In this document: one piece after another, positions 12,786-25,290 of the stretch
Layout: the number at the start of each line of letters is the position of its first letter
Position numbering within the stretch: position 1 is the first letter of the stretch
DNA from: Octopus bimaculoides
Taxonomy: Eukaryota
Reading direction: 5' to 3'
Assembly (NCBI RefSeq): GCF_001194135.2
Contig: NC_068982.1
Coordinates: forward strand, 36,345,248 to 36,409,247
DNA length: 64,000 bases
Made by a program: the position numbers and the translations under genes
Notes under the pieces: generated by a model
Database searches by the model: none
The model's input: only the letters and a program-made list of their open reading frames with translations
What the model was told of the DNA's origin: nothing

Positions 12786-15700
12786 TCTTATGATATCACA
12801 TACAAAAGGCATATTTGGTCCTCATAAAGCTGGAATGTTTCCCAGCACTCATAGCTTCAAAGGGACAACGTACATAAACTCATCTCAGAGACAGTATGAT
12901 TATATACAGATTTTTGACTAAGATGCAGCTCTGGCAGAATTCCTGTTTCAGGACATGAATCATTGAACTACATTAGTTCAACAAGGTGAACCTATGTTGT
13001 TTCTTCTATTTTATGGATCTGGAGTTAATTTATTAATCCATAAACATAACACACTCAGATGACATTTCATAGTGATCATTATTTACGATGGAGTGAAAAT
13101 AGTACCTCCAACACTAGGTTTCCTATTCAGGACCAGAAGCTAATTTAGATTTGAACAATTGTTGATACCCACTTTCCTCTTACAACACTGTCAGATGTGT
13201 CATATATCTGGACACCACACAAGATCATTTATCTGATAACTAAACTAACTCTAACCAATTGCTATTCAAGACACACAACACTAACTTATTGATATGTCTT
13301 TTCTTCTATCACAATTACAATGACTTCTGGTGCTTGTGCACCTTCCCCATTCCAAACACATCCAATGTATCAATTCCTCTTCCACTTGACAGCCTCTGGA
13401 CAAGATCTCAACTAAATCCTTATCCCTGAGAACATTCGCCCTGCAAGGATCGTAAGTACTGATCCTCATCTTCAGACTAACTAATAAAAAAAAGTCCAAG
13501 TCAATCAAGGCAGAATTTATGTTTATATGACTATAGGCTCCAGTGTGTTACTAACAAGTACACACCAAAGATAAAAAACAGCCTTTTATGAGAATACAGA
13601 ATATAACCTCCAGCAGGTTTTTTTTTCTCAGAATGAAGGCTGATTTTCTGTCCAGATTGATGTTCATTATTAAGCAATTTTAACATGAAATAACCACGAT
13701 TTCAATTTTTAAAAGGGATCATCTTCTCCAAAAGATGCATCCCTGCTTTCTATCCGAAATGCAAAATACTGTTTAACCTACATTTGACAAATTTCTTTAT
13801 GGAAATAAACTGTTCCTGAGAACTATTTACCTTACTTTAAAAGTATAGCAGTTATGAAGCTGCTTCAATTAGTTATAAAAGACTAAATGTTTCTCATGAT
13901 TAAAAGGTGTTGAAACTGACGGAGACATTAGAAAGTTAGGTAAGATGATTTAAATATCTAGTTCACTGAATCATGTTAATCAGTTCAAGGTCGTTTCAGG
14001 AAGCGATCCTAAAATATCAAATTAAAGGATTTCCTTTTAAATGCTAAGTTCAGTAGTTCTCAAGCTGACAACTACTACACTCTCGTCATTCCCACCTCCC
14101 CCTATTAATGAGGAACAAAAAGAAAATTTATTAAACACGACGATTTGTCTGCTCCCTTTACAATCCGTCCATCCCCAACAACGAAAAACACTGGAGTAGT
14201 TAGCTGTACAGTACAGCACAATATTTCTTTTTCTAATCCTCTCTTTCAATTTCCAAACTTTTCCCGCCTCGTGTTTCATTCTTTACTAGTAGTTTCCATT
14301 CGATTTCTACTTTCTTTTTCGTTATCTAGAAACCATACGGTTTTTTTTCTCGTAACCAGAGCATGTGCTTATTTCATTCTTTCTCAGTCTTTACCAATAT
14401 TCAAAATTACTTGAATTTAGAAAACCATTATACAGTAGATGAAAAATTATAAATCCGAACATACAAAAAGCACGTTACTTTCTTGAGGTACCATGACGTT
14501 AACTTGTATATTAAAAAAACAGGATACTGTTTGAAGTACACGTATCGATGAACAGGTCATAGTTGCACGGAACAAAGTGAATTTAGTACATTAATAATTG
14601 ATCATCACAGCGTAAAAAACAAAAAACAAAAAAAACTCATACAGATAGATATAGAGATTGGCAAGGTAAGTAATGTCTTTTCTGAAAGACGAAACACCTT
14701 CAAATGAGCTATGAAAAATCTTGAATTTTTACAACAGCAACAATAATAAGGAACCGATGTAGTTATAATTGTGTAAGACAAAATAGGAGATCGACAATTT
14801 AAAATCCTTTATTCGCATTGTGGATTCCCTAATATCTCAACAGAAACGTCTACCTACAGATTACAAGAAAACCCCTATTTTCCCCTAAAGTTTTGCAACT
14901 AAGGAAGTATATCTTAAATGAACGAATGATAATAAAACATTTACAGTTATTTTCAACATTGGAATAATCCCCCCCCACCCGCAGAAAAAACCTGAAAGAC
15001 AGAAGCAATAGCTTCGAAGTACAAGAGTGAAGGAGTAATAGCCATTGAATGGCACGTTGGCTAAGGTATTTGAATATAAATTTACTCATGCCAACTATCA
15101 TACTATACCCTATATTGATATGCATGTAGTTGACGATTTTAACTTTCACGCATATTTACAGATGGTGTCACGCGAGTCTTTAAATTTTTAATTACTGGAG
15201 CTTTCTATATAAGTGCTTAAAGCTTAAGTATATATTTTTATAATTACGCTGCTTTTCTCTCGTTTTAAGAAACGATATATATAAGCAATTAATTATCTTA
15301 TGTGAACTTACAGAATGTTACACAAATTAGAAAATAATTTCATACAAATCGAGCATGATTATCGAATTTCAGAAACAAATGAAGCAAGTTGAAACATGTA
15401 ATTTACTAATTTAGCCGTAGGCCTATCCTGATCAAGTAAACTTTTGATCAAAGATATTCCAACCGTGGCCATCCATTCTTTTTGTGTATCGCGGACTATG
15501 TCCTTGAAGGTCGGATGTAATTTGAGGGTAATTTGGCTGCTATTTCTAGCAAGTCGAGAGACTGCAGAGAGGATCGTAGTTTCTAAGTCTTCAAAAAAGG
15601 AGTGTAAAAGACAAGTGAATCTAAAATAACAGGAAATTTGTTAAGAATTCAAATTTCTGCAATACTATGATATTTTACAAAGACACAAAGTCTCCGATTA

Positions 15701-16434
15701 ATAAGGAAACTAAATATGACATTGTGGTATTGATATACTTAGGAGTTTACAGAATTATAGAGTTATTCCAGCAGGGAATAGAAACGGAATAACTGTACGG
15801 GCGAACTTTCACTTACATTACGATAACCTCAGAGATTTTTCACATAACGTTATATAATAAAAAGGATAGTAAAAAAATTGCTCTATTTTTGCTTATATTA
15901 TTAAATAGGCAACCGAGAGAATGAGGAAGTGATCTAATAGATATCAGAAATTTGAATAGCCTTTTGCTTAATTGTGAAAAAGTGCGAGTGAATGAACAAA
16001 GCCGACAGAAAGTTAAAGTTAGCTTACTAAACATATATCGTCTGCATTAAAGTGAAACTGAACGAATGAATGAAACCCGAAACGTGATTTTATAGGGTTA
16101 GATTACAAAATTATGCATAATGTTTCAACATGTTCAATTAAGAAGAAGCAATGTGCATATTTCAGTTTTATTAAGAACCTCTAGAAACTCGCTTCAACAT
16201 GAAATAATCTAATAAGAATTAGATATTCATAGACACGTGTAGTTAGGTTTAGTTATAAGTACAGTAGACAGAGAGAGGTAGAGATTAAAAAAAAAAGCAC
16301 GAAAAACTGAAATTATGAGAAATGATAAATAAAATTGATTTTAAGGAAGTGTTAATGCGAATGGATAGAAAGAAAATTGCAGAGTACAACGGAAGAATAA
16401 AATGAAAGTAGATATAAAAATAAGAGTGCCTTAC

Positions 16435-16622
16435 TTGTGGTTGTTGACATGAAAAGGCCGGACCCAGGCAACCAAACAAACAACTGTGGCCAGAAACAGA
16501 ACGATGAAGTAATAAATACCTATCTTGACATAATACCTGAAGTGTCCACTAAATGAATACAGAACCGGTATGGTCAGTAAAACGAGAAGGAAAATCCAGA
16601 ATATTATGTCCCAGAAACCCAT
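16435..16622 (-). CDS. AGPAT1: First coding exon of an AGPAT1/AGPAT2-type lysophosphatidic acid acyltransferase; remainder of the gene not found in the window
   Basis: MGFWDIIFWIFLLVLLTIPVLYSFSGHFRYYVKIGIYYFIVLFLATVVCLVAWVRPFHVNNH(K) matches the two-TM N-terminus of AGPAT1/2 as I recall it (human AGPAT1 ...LPTLWFCSPSAKYFFKMAFY...RGRNVENMK). Start context is aaatATGG. The exon ends at CACAA|GTAAGG (GT at 16434-16433, phase 2), which matches the recalled first intron position of vertebrate AGPAT1. AGPAT1 versus AGPAT2 orthology cannot be resolved from this exon. Confidence 0.85.
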
Positions 16623-17520
16623 ATTTGTTGGGGTTTTAACAGAAACGTATAGAGAAAAATATCGAAGTTTATATCAGTTTTTTCTTGGTGTATATAATTT
16701 GTGGTAATTAAGTGTCCGTGTAAATACAGAAGGCCAAAGTGAGTTTTAACGACGTCACCGATTAATGGCTATAATAACAAACGTGTGGAGCTTAATAGTA
16801 TTATCGAGCTGGTGGTGCATTGAATCGAAGGTAGTAGATTAAAATAGCTGGAGAAACAAGGTCAGGTCTGAAAAAGAAAAGCACAGCGAAACCGAGAGTA
16901 AGAAAGGACGACTTCGATTGAAGATAGTTCTTCAGGGTCTAGCGATTTGTCATACTTCTGTCGGAAGTATTCGGCAGTTTCCGCCTACCACTTCACGAAC
17001 ATAATTACAACAGCTGACGTTATCTCATTTCGCACTCGCGGTTTATATCGAAAGTATCTCGTATTTCTAAATCTCTCTTTTTGTTTTCTTCTAATTTAAA
17101 TCTCTTCCATGTAATAATTAAAAGTTTAACTATTATTAAAATACAGTATTTTAGATGAGTACAATTTATTTTACAGATTTGAGGGATCTGCATTCGAGTT
17201 AAACAGCGGAATGTGTATGTGAAAGTAGCGGATTGGTTACTCATTCATTCTGAAAACTTGAGCACGAGGAAATGCATTTAAAAATTTCTCTGTGTCATTG
17301 GTTGTCACGAAAATTGAAGTGGAGTCAAGAGTAAAAAAAAGACAAATGTATATGTATATATATAGAGAGAGAACAACAATAAACATGAGTACATAATATA
17401 TCATCAAGGAAACGAAATTCATGCACCAGGACACGAAAGATATTCCCTGCGTTATGAAAGTGTTGCGTCCCTGAAAATCTTGCCGGAGCGCGAATTGTGT
17501 AATGCGAAACCTATTTGTTC
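16623..17520 (-). promoter_or_regulatory. Probable 5' UTR/promoter of the AGPAT gene (CpG-rich)
   Basis: Hand count gives 19 CpG in 16741-17040 versus 1 in 9001-9300. CRE-like TGACGTCG at 16750-16757 (minus), TGACGT at ~17015-17020, and CCAAT on the minus strand at ~17232-17236 and ~17298-17302. The TSS itself is not determinable. Confidence 0.55.
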
Positions 17521-17689
17521 TTTAATGACCTGTGTTATAAACTGAGAGACGTTCCCATAGAATTTTCTTTTAGAAAGAAACAATACAGCCACTTTGATGC
17601 AGGAAACTATCGATTTCTAAACTTGGTATAAGTGTTCATAAATACATTTGAAGAGAAATACAATAATGAATAATACTGTTATATCATAG

Positions 17690-18509
17690 TACAGTACAAA
17701 CTCACTGCGTATGATATTGAGGGCTGTGGGATGACAGATGGGAGATGGGGGAAGAGAAGTATTATCTTCTGCCCTGTAGATCATCAGTATCAGATGCAGG
17801 GTGAAGAACTTGTCCAAAGTTGTCTAAGACTAAAGGTATACTTTCTCTGTCTGCAATTCAATGTAAGAATAGTTCATCATAAACTCCTATCAATTTTCTA
17901 TGTTCAAAATTAGGATCATTATCAACAAAGATTTGCAGACTTTCCTTCAATAAGTGCCAACCCTTTAGCCACATCTTTGCAATCAACTGGAGTGGGTGGA
18001 ATTTGTCTTTTCTCCTTGTCCCACAGTTCACTCTTGTTCTTGCCTCATTAGTTCCTTTGTACACAAGCTTTTTTCCTAAGGGACTCTAGCAAATCAATCA
18101 TCTATGACTACCAATTTATTATTTGTTAGTGTCACAAAATCTTACTGAACTTGATGTAAACTTTCTGCGAGTAAAAATCTTATATAGTTATAGATAATCT
18201 CGTTATGTTTTACAAACACAGTAAATAGCTAAGAGTTCCACATCATTTGTTGACATTATCCAGTGCAACTACAATGTTTAACTTTCCCTAAAGGTCCCTA
18301 ACTATAAGTTTGTCCTCCCAATCAGCTACATTTTTTGAATGATTTGAAAGTTCTCAAATGATATGCCATAAAGTTAGAGCAAAGAAGTTGTACTATATTC
18401 TCAAGAATACATGCCACATACGCTTTATTAGAAATATAATTTAAGTTTACTGGGTGGTTTGGAACAGTGTCTGAAAGGGGCAATGCTTTGTTGGAAACAT
18501 ACCAGGACA

Positions 18510-18541
<32 letters not shown>

Positions 18542-19600
18542 AAAAAAAAACGTTTTGAAACCAGTTTTGGAAAATGCTTGTAGCCATCCAAACCCTCTTA
18601 ACTGGACGCCTTCTCATAGGCAGATTAAACCTATCAGTACTTGAACACTCCTGGATTTTCATAGTAGGGATTTTAATTTCATGTAATAAACAGCATTTTC
18701 TCTTACATGAATATCAAATAATCTTTTGAGAACTTTAAAGCCTAGTACTAATTTTTATTCACTTGAAATAAAAATACTAGTTGGTATGAACTTCCAGAAG
18801 AAGCCAGTCTCATCAACAGTGCATATTTGTTCTGGCATGTAACCTCCTCTCGTATATTTTTCAATTTAGTAGGATAATTAGTTGCAGCTTCTGTATCAGT
18901 AATGATAGCTTCACCAGTCATTTTAATGTTGGGCAAATCAAGGAGCTGGCTAGCCTTTACTACATTAAAAAAATTTAAAAAGTCTTGTATCAGAAGTTGC
19001 ACTTTCCTCTTTCTGCAAATCTTCATACAATCTTTTCAGTTCCACTTGAATGACAATCGTATTTATCAGCACATTATATCCTTTCTTATTATTGATTTGC
19101 ATACTCAAGAGCAGTTCCAGTTTTAGCATCACTTCTGATCTATGAAAAGCCAATGTCTGGTATTTACTAAAGTAGCTGCTTAGACGAACTAATTTTATCT
19201 TTTTTTGTCTTGAAGTCACATAATGTTCCCACTATAGACATTGCAAGCGTCAATGTTTTTGCAATGTGGCTGCTTTTTTTTTTCATCTGCGTCAAACCTT
19301 TGAAACGCATCAAGTTTAATATCTAGTGTGACCCCTTTACACATTTTTCTCACACAAATGCCTTCACTTCCACTTGATTTCTGCTCTTTCCACTCAACTT
19401 GGGTAAGAGTAAGAGTATCTTACAAAATCCAACAAGAGTGATGACAGACATAAAAAAAAAAAATCCCCACAAATATTAAAATAAAAGAATCTGAGAAAAA
19501 TCGTGATGTTGTGCATCGGAGAAGCAATAGAGAAATGCATTGTTATTGGCAGGCCATTGAAGTATGTTGACATGTTTATAACATCAAACCTAAACAATCT
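17690..19600 (-). mobile_element. Tigger/pogo (TIGD1-like) DDE transposon fossil, nearly complete transposase with many disablements
   Basis: Ordered pieces on the minus strand: KGVTLDIKLDAFQRFD (psq-type HTH), LELLLSMQINNKKGYNVLINTIVIQVELKRLYEDLQKE (CENP-B-type HTH), LPNIKMTGEAIITDTEAATNYPTKLKNIREE, KRVWMATSIFQNWFQNVF, NFMAYHLRTFKSF and SLQIFVDNDPNFEHRK. TIRs not identified, so boundaries are approximate. Confidence 0.85.
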
Positions 19601-20149
19601 GTGTCAGTAGCGAAATGACTTACAAAGTCATTATGGATTTCCTTTTTGAACTATTCAAGTTATGTTGTTCTTATATCTGATGATTCTCTTCTAACCAAAG
19701 TTTTTTGTCATTCTGTAGGGACCTTTAGGTGTCATTCCATCTTTTCTTTTTAAAATCTTCTGCAAATGCACCAGATCTTAAGTTAATTCACCCTTTGAGA
19801 AAGTCTTAGGTAGGAGAATTTTTTTTTACTTTTGTTTACAAAACATTTTCTGTTTATGTTATAGGTTTTTGATTTTTTTGCATCACAGTGATATTTATAG
19901 AAAATATTTTGTGAAAGCAGAGTCACTCTTGGTTTGGAGTACATGTATTGCATTACATTGTTTATCATTGCTTTAGTATATTATATAATACTAGTTATAA
20001 TTATTTTCTTTGAAGCATATTGACTAGAATTAAGTATAGAAGTCATATGATCAAACAAAATTTTGATATACTCCTGATAATACCAAATAATAAATATATC
20101 ATCTGCATCTATTCATTGAGCTACTGAAAGTACTCCTGCTATTTTCAGA

Positions 20150-20615
20150 GATGAGTGAAGACCCAAGAAGACATGGGATGAAGTACTGAAGGATGATTTC
20201 AGGACACAGAACCTTATGACAAAGGACTGAGATATCTGGTGCTTTGTTGTATTCAAGAAGACCCATCCTCCTCAGCAGAAGTGTAAATGCAGCTCCCCCT
20301 GCTGAAGAGGATTAGTCTGTAAAAGCCCAGAACCAATGCCATGTAAAAAGCATCTATACCAGCATCATGTAAAAAGCACCCATGCCAGCGCCATGTAATA
20401 ACACACCCTCTGGCACTATGTAAAAGTGCCTGAGCCAGTGTCATGTAAAAGGCACCCTGCACACTCTGTAAAGTGTTTGGTGTTAGGAAGGGCATCCAGC
20501 CATAGAAACTGAGTCAAATCAGACTGGAACCTGGTGCAGCTCTCTAGCTTGCCAGCTCTGGTCAATCTGTCTAACCCATGCCGGCATGGAAAATGAACGT
20601 TAAAGGATGATGAGT
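20150..20615 (+). mobile_element. 5'-truncated RTE LINE: ORF2 C-terminus, ~25-bp tandem array, 3' UTR and (GAT)n tail
   Basis: RPKKTWDEVLKDDFRTQNL-like end, five atgtaa-anchored units (20341, 20368, 20393, 20418, 20443), then the ttaggaagggcatccagc tail module. Confidence 0.75.
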
Positions 20616-20884
20616 GATGATATATATATATATATGTATTCCATAAATATGTTGGCCACTATTTGCAGTACTAAGTAAGCCATTGCTATCTTTTCTTACT
20701 TATGGGTCTATCTTGTTTTCCATTCAGAAATTAAATATTATCCAGTGTCAAAATTATATAATCTGGCAGAATTTTTGTTCTTGAAGACTTCAATTTTCTT
20801 TCCATTCAGATATTTTTTCTATAGGAATAGGGTACCTGAAGATATGAATTGATGCAAGAAACAAAAGATTAACAATCTAGTAAG

Positions 20885-21700
20885 ATGTGGCAGTGTGGTA
20901 AGAATTTTGCTTTCTAAGCACATATTACAGGTTCATTCCCACTGCATGGCACCTTGGGCAAGTGTCTTTTACTATAGCCTCAAGCTGACCAAAGCCTTGT
21001 GAGTTGATTTTGTTGATAGAAACTGAAAGAAGCCTGTTGTGTGTGTGTGTGTGTGTGTGTGTAAATATATATATACATACATACATACATACATATATAT
21101 ATGNNNNNNNNNNNNNNNNNNNNNNNNNNNNNNNNNNNNNNNNNNNNNNNNNNNNNNNNNNNNNNNNNNNNNNNNNNNNNNNNNNNNNNNNNNNNNNNNN
21201 NNNNNNNNNNNNNNNNNNNNNNNNNNNNNNNNNNNNNNNNNNNNNNNNNNNNNNNNNNNNNNNNNNNNNNNNNNNNNNNNNNNNNNNNNNNNNNNNNNNN
21301 NNNNNNNNNNNNNNNNNNNNNNNNNNNNNNNNNNNNNNNNNNNNNNNNNNNNNNNNNNNNNNNNNNNNNNNNNNNNNNNNNNNNNNNNNNNNNNNNNNNN
21401 NNNNNNNNNNNNNNNATATATGTATATATATGCATGTATACACACACACACACACACACACACATGTACATCCATATATGTGTATGTGTGTGTCTTTGTA
21501 TTTGTGCTTGTTTCTCAATACTACTTGATAACCAGTGTTGGTGTGTTTATGTCCCTATAAATTAGTGGTTTGACAAAAGAGAATGACAAAATAAGTACCA
21601 GGCTTAAAAGTAAGAAAAGTACAGGGTTCAATTTGCTCAACCAAAATTCTTCAAGATGTCCCTCTATGGCCAGTTTAATGAGTGAAAGAAATAAAGGATA
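20885..21700 (+). mobile_element. Family B SINE with internal microsatellite and assembly gap
   Basis: Head gtgtggtaagaat...ggcaccttgggcaagtgtct..ctatagcc, then (GT)n/(ATAC)n plus N gap, then the 3' module ending tgaaagaaataaagg. Confidence 0.8.
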
Positions 21701-22190
21701 ATAAACAAGGAAAAAAATCAGATTTATAACTACTATGGACTGGAATCTTACAAACTGTGGGTGCAATATAAAAAAAATATCAAAACTTTGCCAGAACAAC
21801 TGAGTCTCTTTTGCTGCTGCTAAGCAGAAGTCAGAACTTTGCAATCACCATGAGACAAATCTCTTACTTAATCATCAAAGCCTCTTTGAAAGAGTTGATT
21901 TATAGAACAGAGAAATATGGAAGCAGGTAGGATAATTTGAAAGATTCAATGTATTATAGAATTCAGATGAGGATAATAATGTTTTAAGCATAGCACTGAA
22001 GGAACTGAAAGGTTTTATTAAAGAGAAGTTTTGCTCATTATATAGAAAGCTTTCTTCTGAATGTTGTCTTGGATGAGAATAATAAAAAGTTCTTCACCCC
22101 AAGATATAAGTAATATTCCTGCAAGAGGTTATAATTTGACTGTGTAAGTCCAAATGTAACTGTTATTCAATAGTTATTCAATACAAAAGC

Positions 22191-22632
22191 AGTGAGGTGG
22201 CAGAATTGTTAGCATGCCGGGCAAGATGCTTTGTGGCGTTTCATCTGTCTCTATATTGTGAGTTCAAATTCTACCAAGGTTGACTTTGCCTTTCATCCTT
22301 TTGGGGGTTGATAAAATAAGTACTAGTTGAGTACTGGAGTTGATGTAATTGATTTTAAGGCGGCAAACTGGCAGAAANNNNNNNNNNNNNNNNNNNNNNN
22401 NNNNNNNNNNNNNNNNNNNNNNAGCATGCCGGGCAAAATGCTTAGCGGTATTTCGTCTGCCATTACGTTCTGAGTTCAAATTCCGCCAAGGTCAACATTG
22501 CCTTTCATCCTTTCGGGTTTGATAAATTAAGTACCAGTTACACACTGGGGTCGATATAATCGGCTTAATCCCTTTGTCTGTCCTTGTTTTTCCACTCTAT
22601 GTTTAGCTCCTTGTGGGCAATAAAGAAATAAG
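22191..22632 (+). mobile_element. Two tandem family A SINEs with a Deu/Nin-like core
   Basis: ggcagaattgttagcatgccgggc..gttcaaattc..gcctttcatccttt.gggg.tgataaa.taagtac occurs twice. The core resembles the conserved DeuSINE/Nin-SINE central domain (recognition from memory). Confidence 0.75.
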
Positions 22633-24984
22633 TAATTGATTTGGCCTCTCCTCACCAAAACTGCTACCTTGACCCAAAATTTGAAATTAATATTTTATTC
22701 AATACAAAAAAAGCTATTGGTTCTGAAGTAGCTCACCAGTTGTTCATAACTATTTCAAATTTATTTATTTATTTTTTTTTTTTACTTCAACATACAATGG
22801 GCAGAGAAGATAGAAATAAGTTGAAAGAAAGAAATATTTCGTTTTTGATATTTGAGCTGACTTTTGAGTTACCAGAGAAGCATGTTTTCTCCTATGCTTG
22901 CTTCAAGTTCATTAACTGTTCTTACAATGAAATTATTTGTTATAAACTTTATCTAGATACGTGTTGGTTTAAAATCATAATCACACCTTTCTTGCATATA
23001 GATTATCTATATATCTATTTATATTAAAATCTACTTTAACACTATATAGCATTCTAGTCTAATTGAAAAAGAAAGAAAATGGATGTTGGGAACTGGATGT
23101 GGGAAAAACGGTTGTGTGATAAATGTTTGCAGTGAATTGAAAATAATTATGTTCATATTCTCACTGTTGTTGAATGGGCCATCATATTTGCAATAAAATA
23201 GGTGAGAGATAAGTTGAAATAACCAATCAATAAGAAGCCAAAAATAGTACAATTCTGGTTTTTACAAACGGCTAATTAGTGATCAAATTGAAATTATAAT
23301 TTGTGATAAGAAAGATGGAAGCCTACCGTGATAGATAACTGTAGGTCTTGTGTTGAATTACAGTATCTGAGTAGGAAACAAGAGAGCAGACATTATATAC
23401 TTTAATACAGAAAAAGGAAAAATATTATGTGCTGAAGTTGCTTTTAAAGTTTTAAAAAAAGGTTACTTTTATATTGAGTTAGACAGTTGTATTTTGCTTA
23501 ATTGTATGAGTTGTGCTTGTAGAATAATGATTGAAAGACATTTTTGAAAAAGTATGATATACCTTTAGAGAGTTTTATCTTTCATCTTTTTTTTACAATT
23601 ATTTGAGAACTAGAGGGTACTTGTGAAAAATCCATTTATGATAATATTCAGTTTTATAGTTAGTTACTTGAAGCAAACTTGGATAAATACACATGAATAC
23701 GCACACACATACATACACACACATGTGCACACATACATGCACACACGTATATACATGCATTCATTAACTTTATGGAGAGAGCTGTTGCGAGCTAAGGCAA
23801 CTGGGTTCTAGCACTGCACTCTGTTTAGGATGGAGGCACTTTACTCTTATAGGAAACAATATAGAGATGTTTGCTGCACAAAAAAACAAAAACAAAGAAA
23901 AACAATTAAGTATGTGTAAACATACTTAATGTAGTGAGCCTAAGTAATTTTAATTAATTGCCAAATATCCCATATATTGCAGAAGAGAATTTAGCTCTCT
24001 TTAAAATGCATGAACCGATGCATATATTATTGAAGTTTAGTAGATTGGAACATTAAAACTCTTCATTTAGAATTAAAGCTTCTCAGTTTAATTCCAGTAT
24101 ATGTATCTAATTAGAAATAGAACTTTTGATAATGTTTGGAGCTTGAAACTGAGAAAAATAGTTTCTAAATGAAAATATGAAAAATGAAGTTAATAATCTG
24201 GAAAACTGTAATTATTGTTGTTTACTAATCATTACATTATTTATATTACATCTTACTAAAAGATACTATATTTATGATTAAAGCAGAATCTCTTTCAGTA
24301 TTCTACAATCATATCCATATGATGTCATTTTGACATTAAGAACAACATAAAAGAAAATAAGAAGTGTTATTAATGTAAGAAACTAATTATTAGAAACATT
24401 TATTGCTTGTACAGTTGTTAATACCAACATCCCAAATAATATAATTGTTTACAATTCATTTATATTTCATCATATATTTATTGAAAATAATTTATTTTTG
24501 CTTTTGCCCATTAAATCAATTATAATGTCAGACAATGAAGCCTTAACAACGAAAGGAAATGTAATATCTGGACAGAAATGAGATGTATATGTTTCACTGA
24601 TTTTGATGTATTGAAGTGAATATAAATGAGCAAAAAAAAAACAACTGATTAAAAACAAAAGCCTCAAGCATTGGCTGAAAGAAGGAAGTCTGTAGGATAA
24701 CAATGGGCTGGTGAGAGTTGGAAGAAGAAATATATATTTCACTGGTTGTGGAGGGGTTACTATATGTGAACTGTGCAAAAAAAAAAAAAAAAAAAAAAAA
24801 AAGAAAAATGAGATTAATACTTTAAAGAAAAATATGATAAAAAAAAAAGTAAGTGAAAAAAGGGGAGAAAGCAAATATATAACCATTATGTAAATTTATT
24901 GTCACTGTATTGATCAGAACAGCAGATGTTGTTATACACTCCTGGTCACAATGTGCTTCTTTGCATTGTTGTAAGCTTTTAAAG

Positions 24985-25290
24985 GATGCCACCCGATTGG
25001 CTAGGCAAGCAGGCCAACATTCTCCCTAAACAGAATGACAGTGTAGTGGGTGCTTTTATGTGCCACTGGCATGAGGGCCAGTCAGGCAGTACTTGCAACA
25101 GCCACGCACAAATGGTGTTTTTATGTGCCACCTGCACAGGAGCCAGTCCAGCGACACTGGCAACGACCTTGCTTGAATATTTTTTTACATGCCACCAGCA
25201 CAAGTGCCAGTAAGGTGATGCTGGTAACGATCATGCTTGAATGGTGCTTTTTACATGCCACCGGCATGGAAGCCATCGGATGGTGCTCTT
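24985..25290 (-). mobile_element. RTE 3' UTR fragment with four ~65-bp units
   Basis: tgcca anchors at 25061, 25126, 25190 and 25256 (periods 65, 64, 66). Confidence 0.7.
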
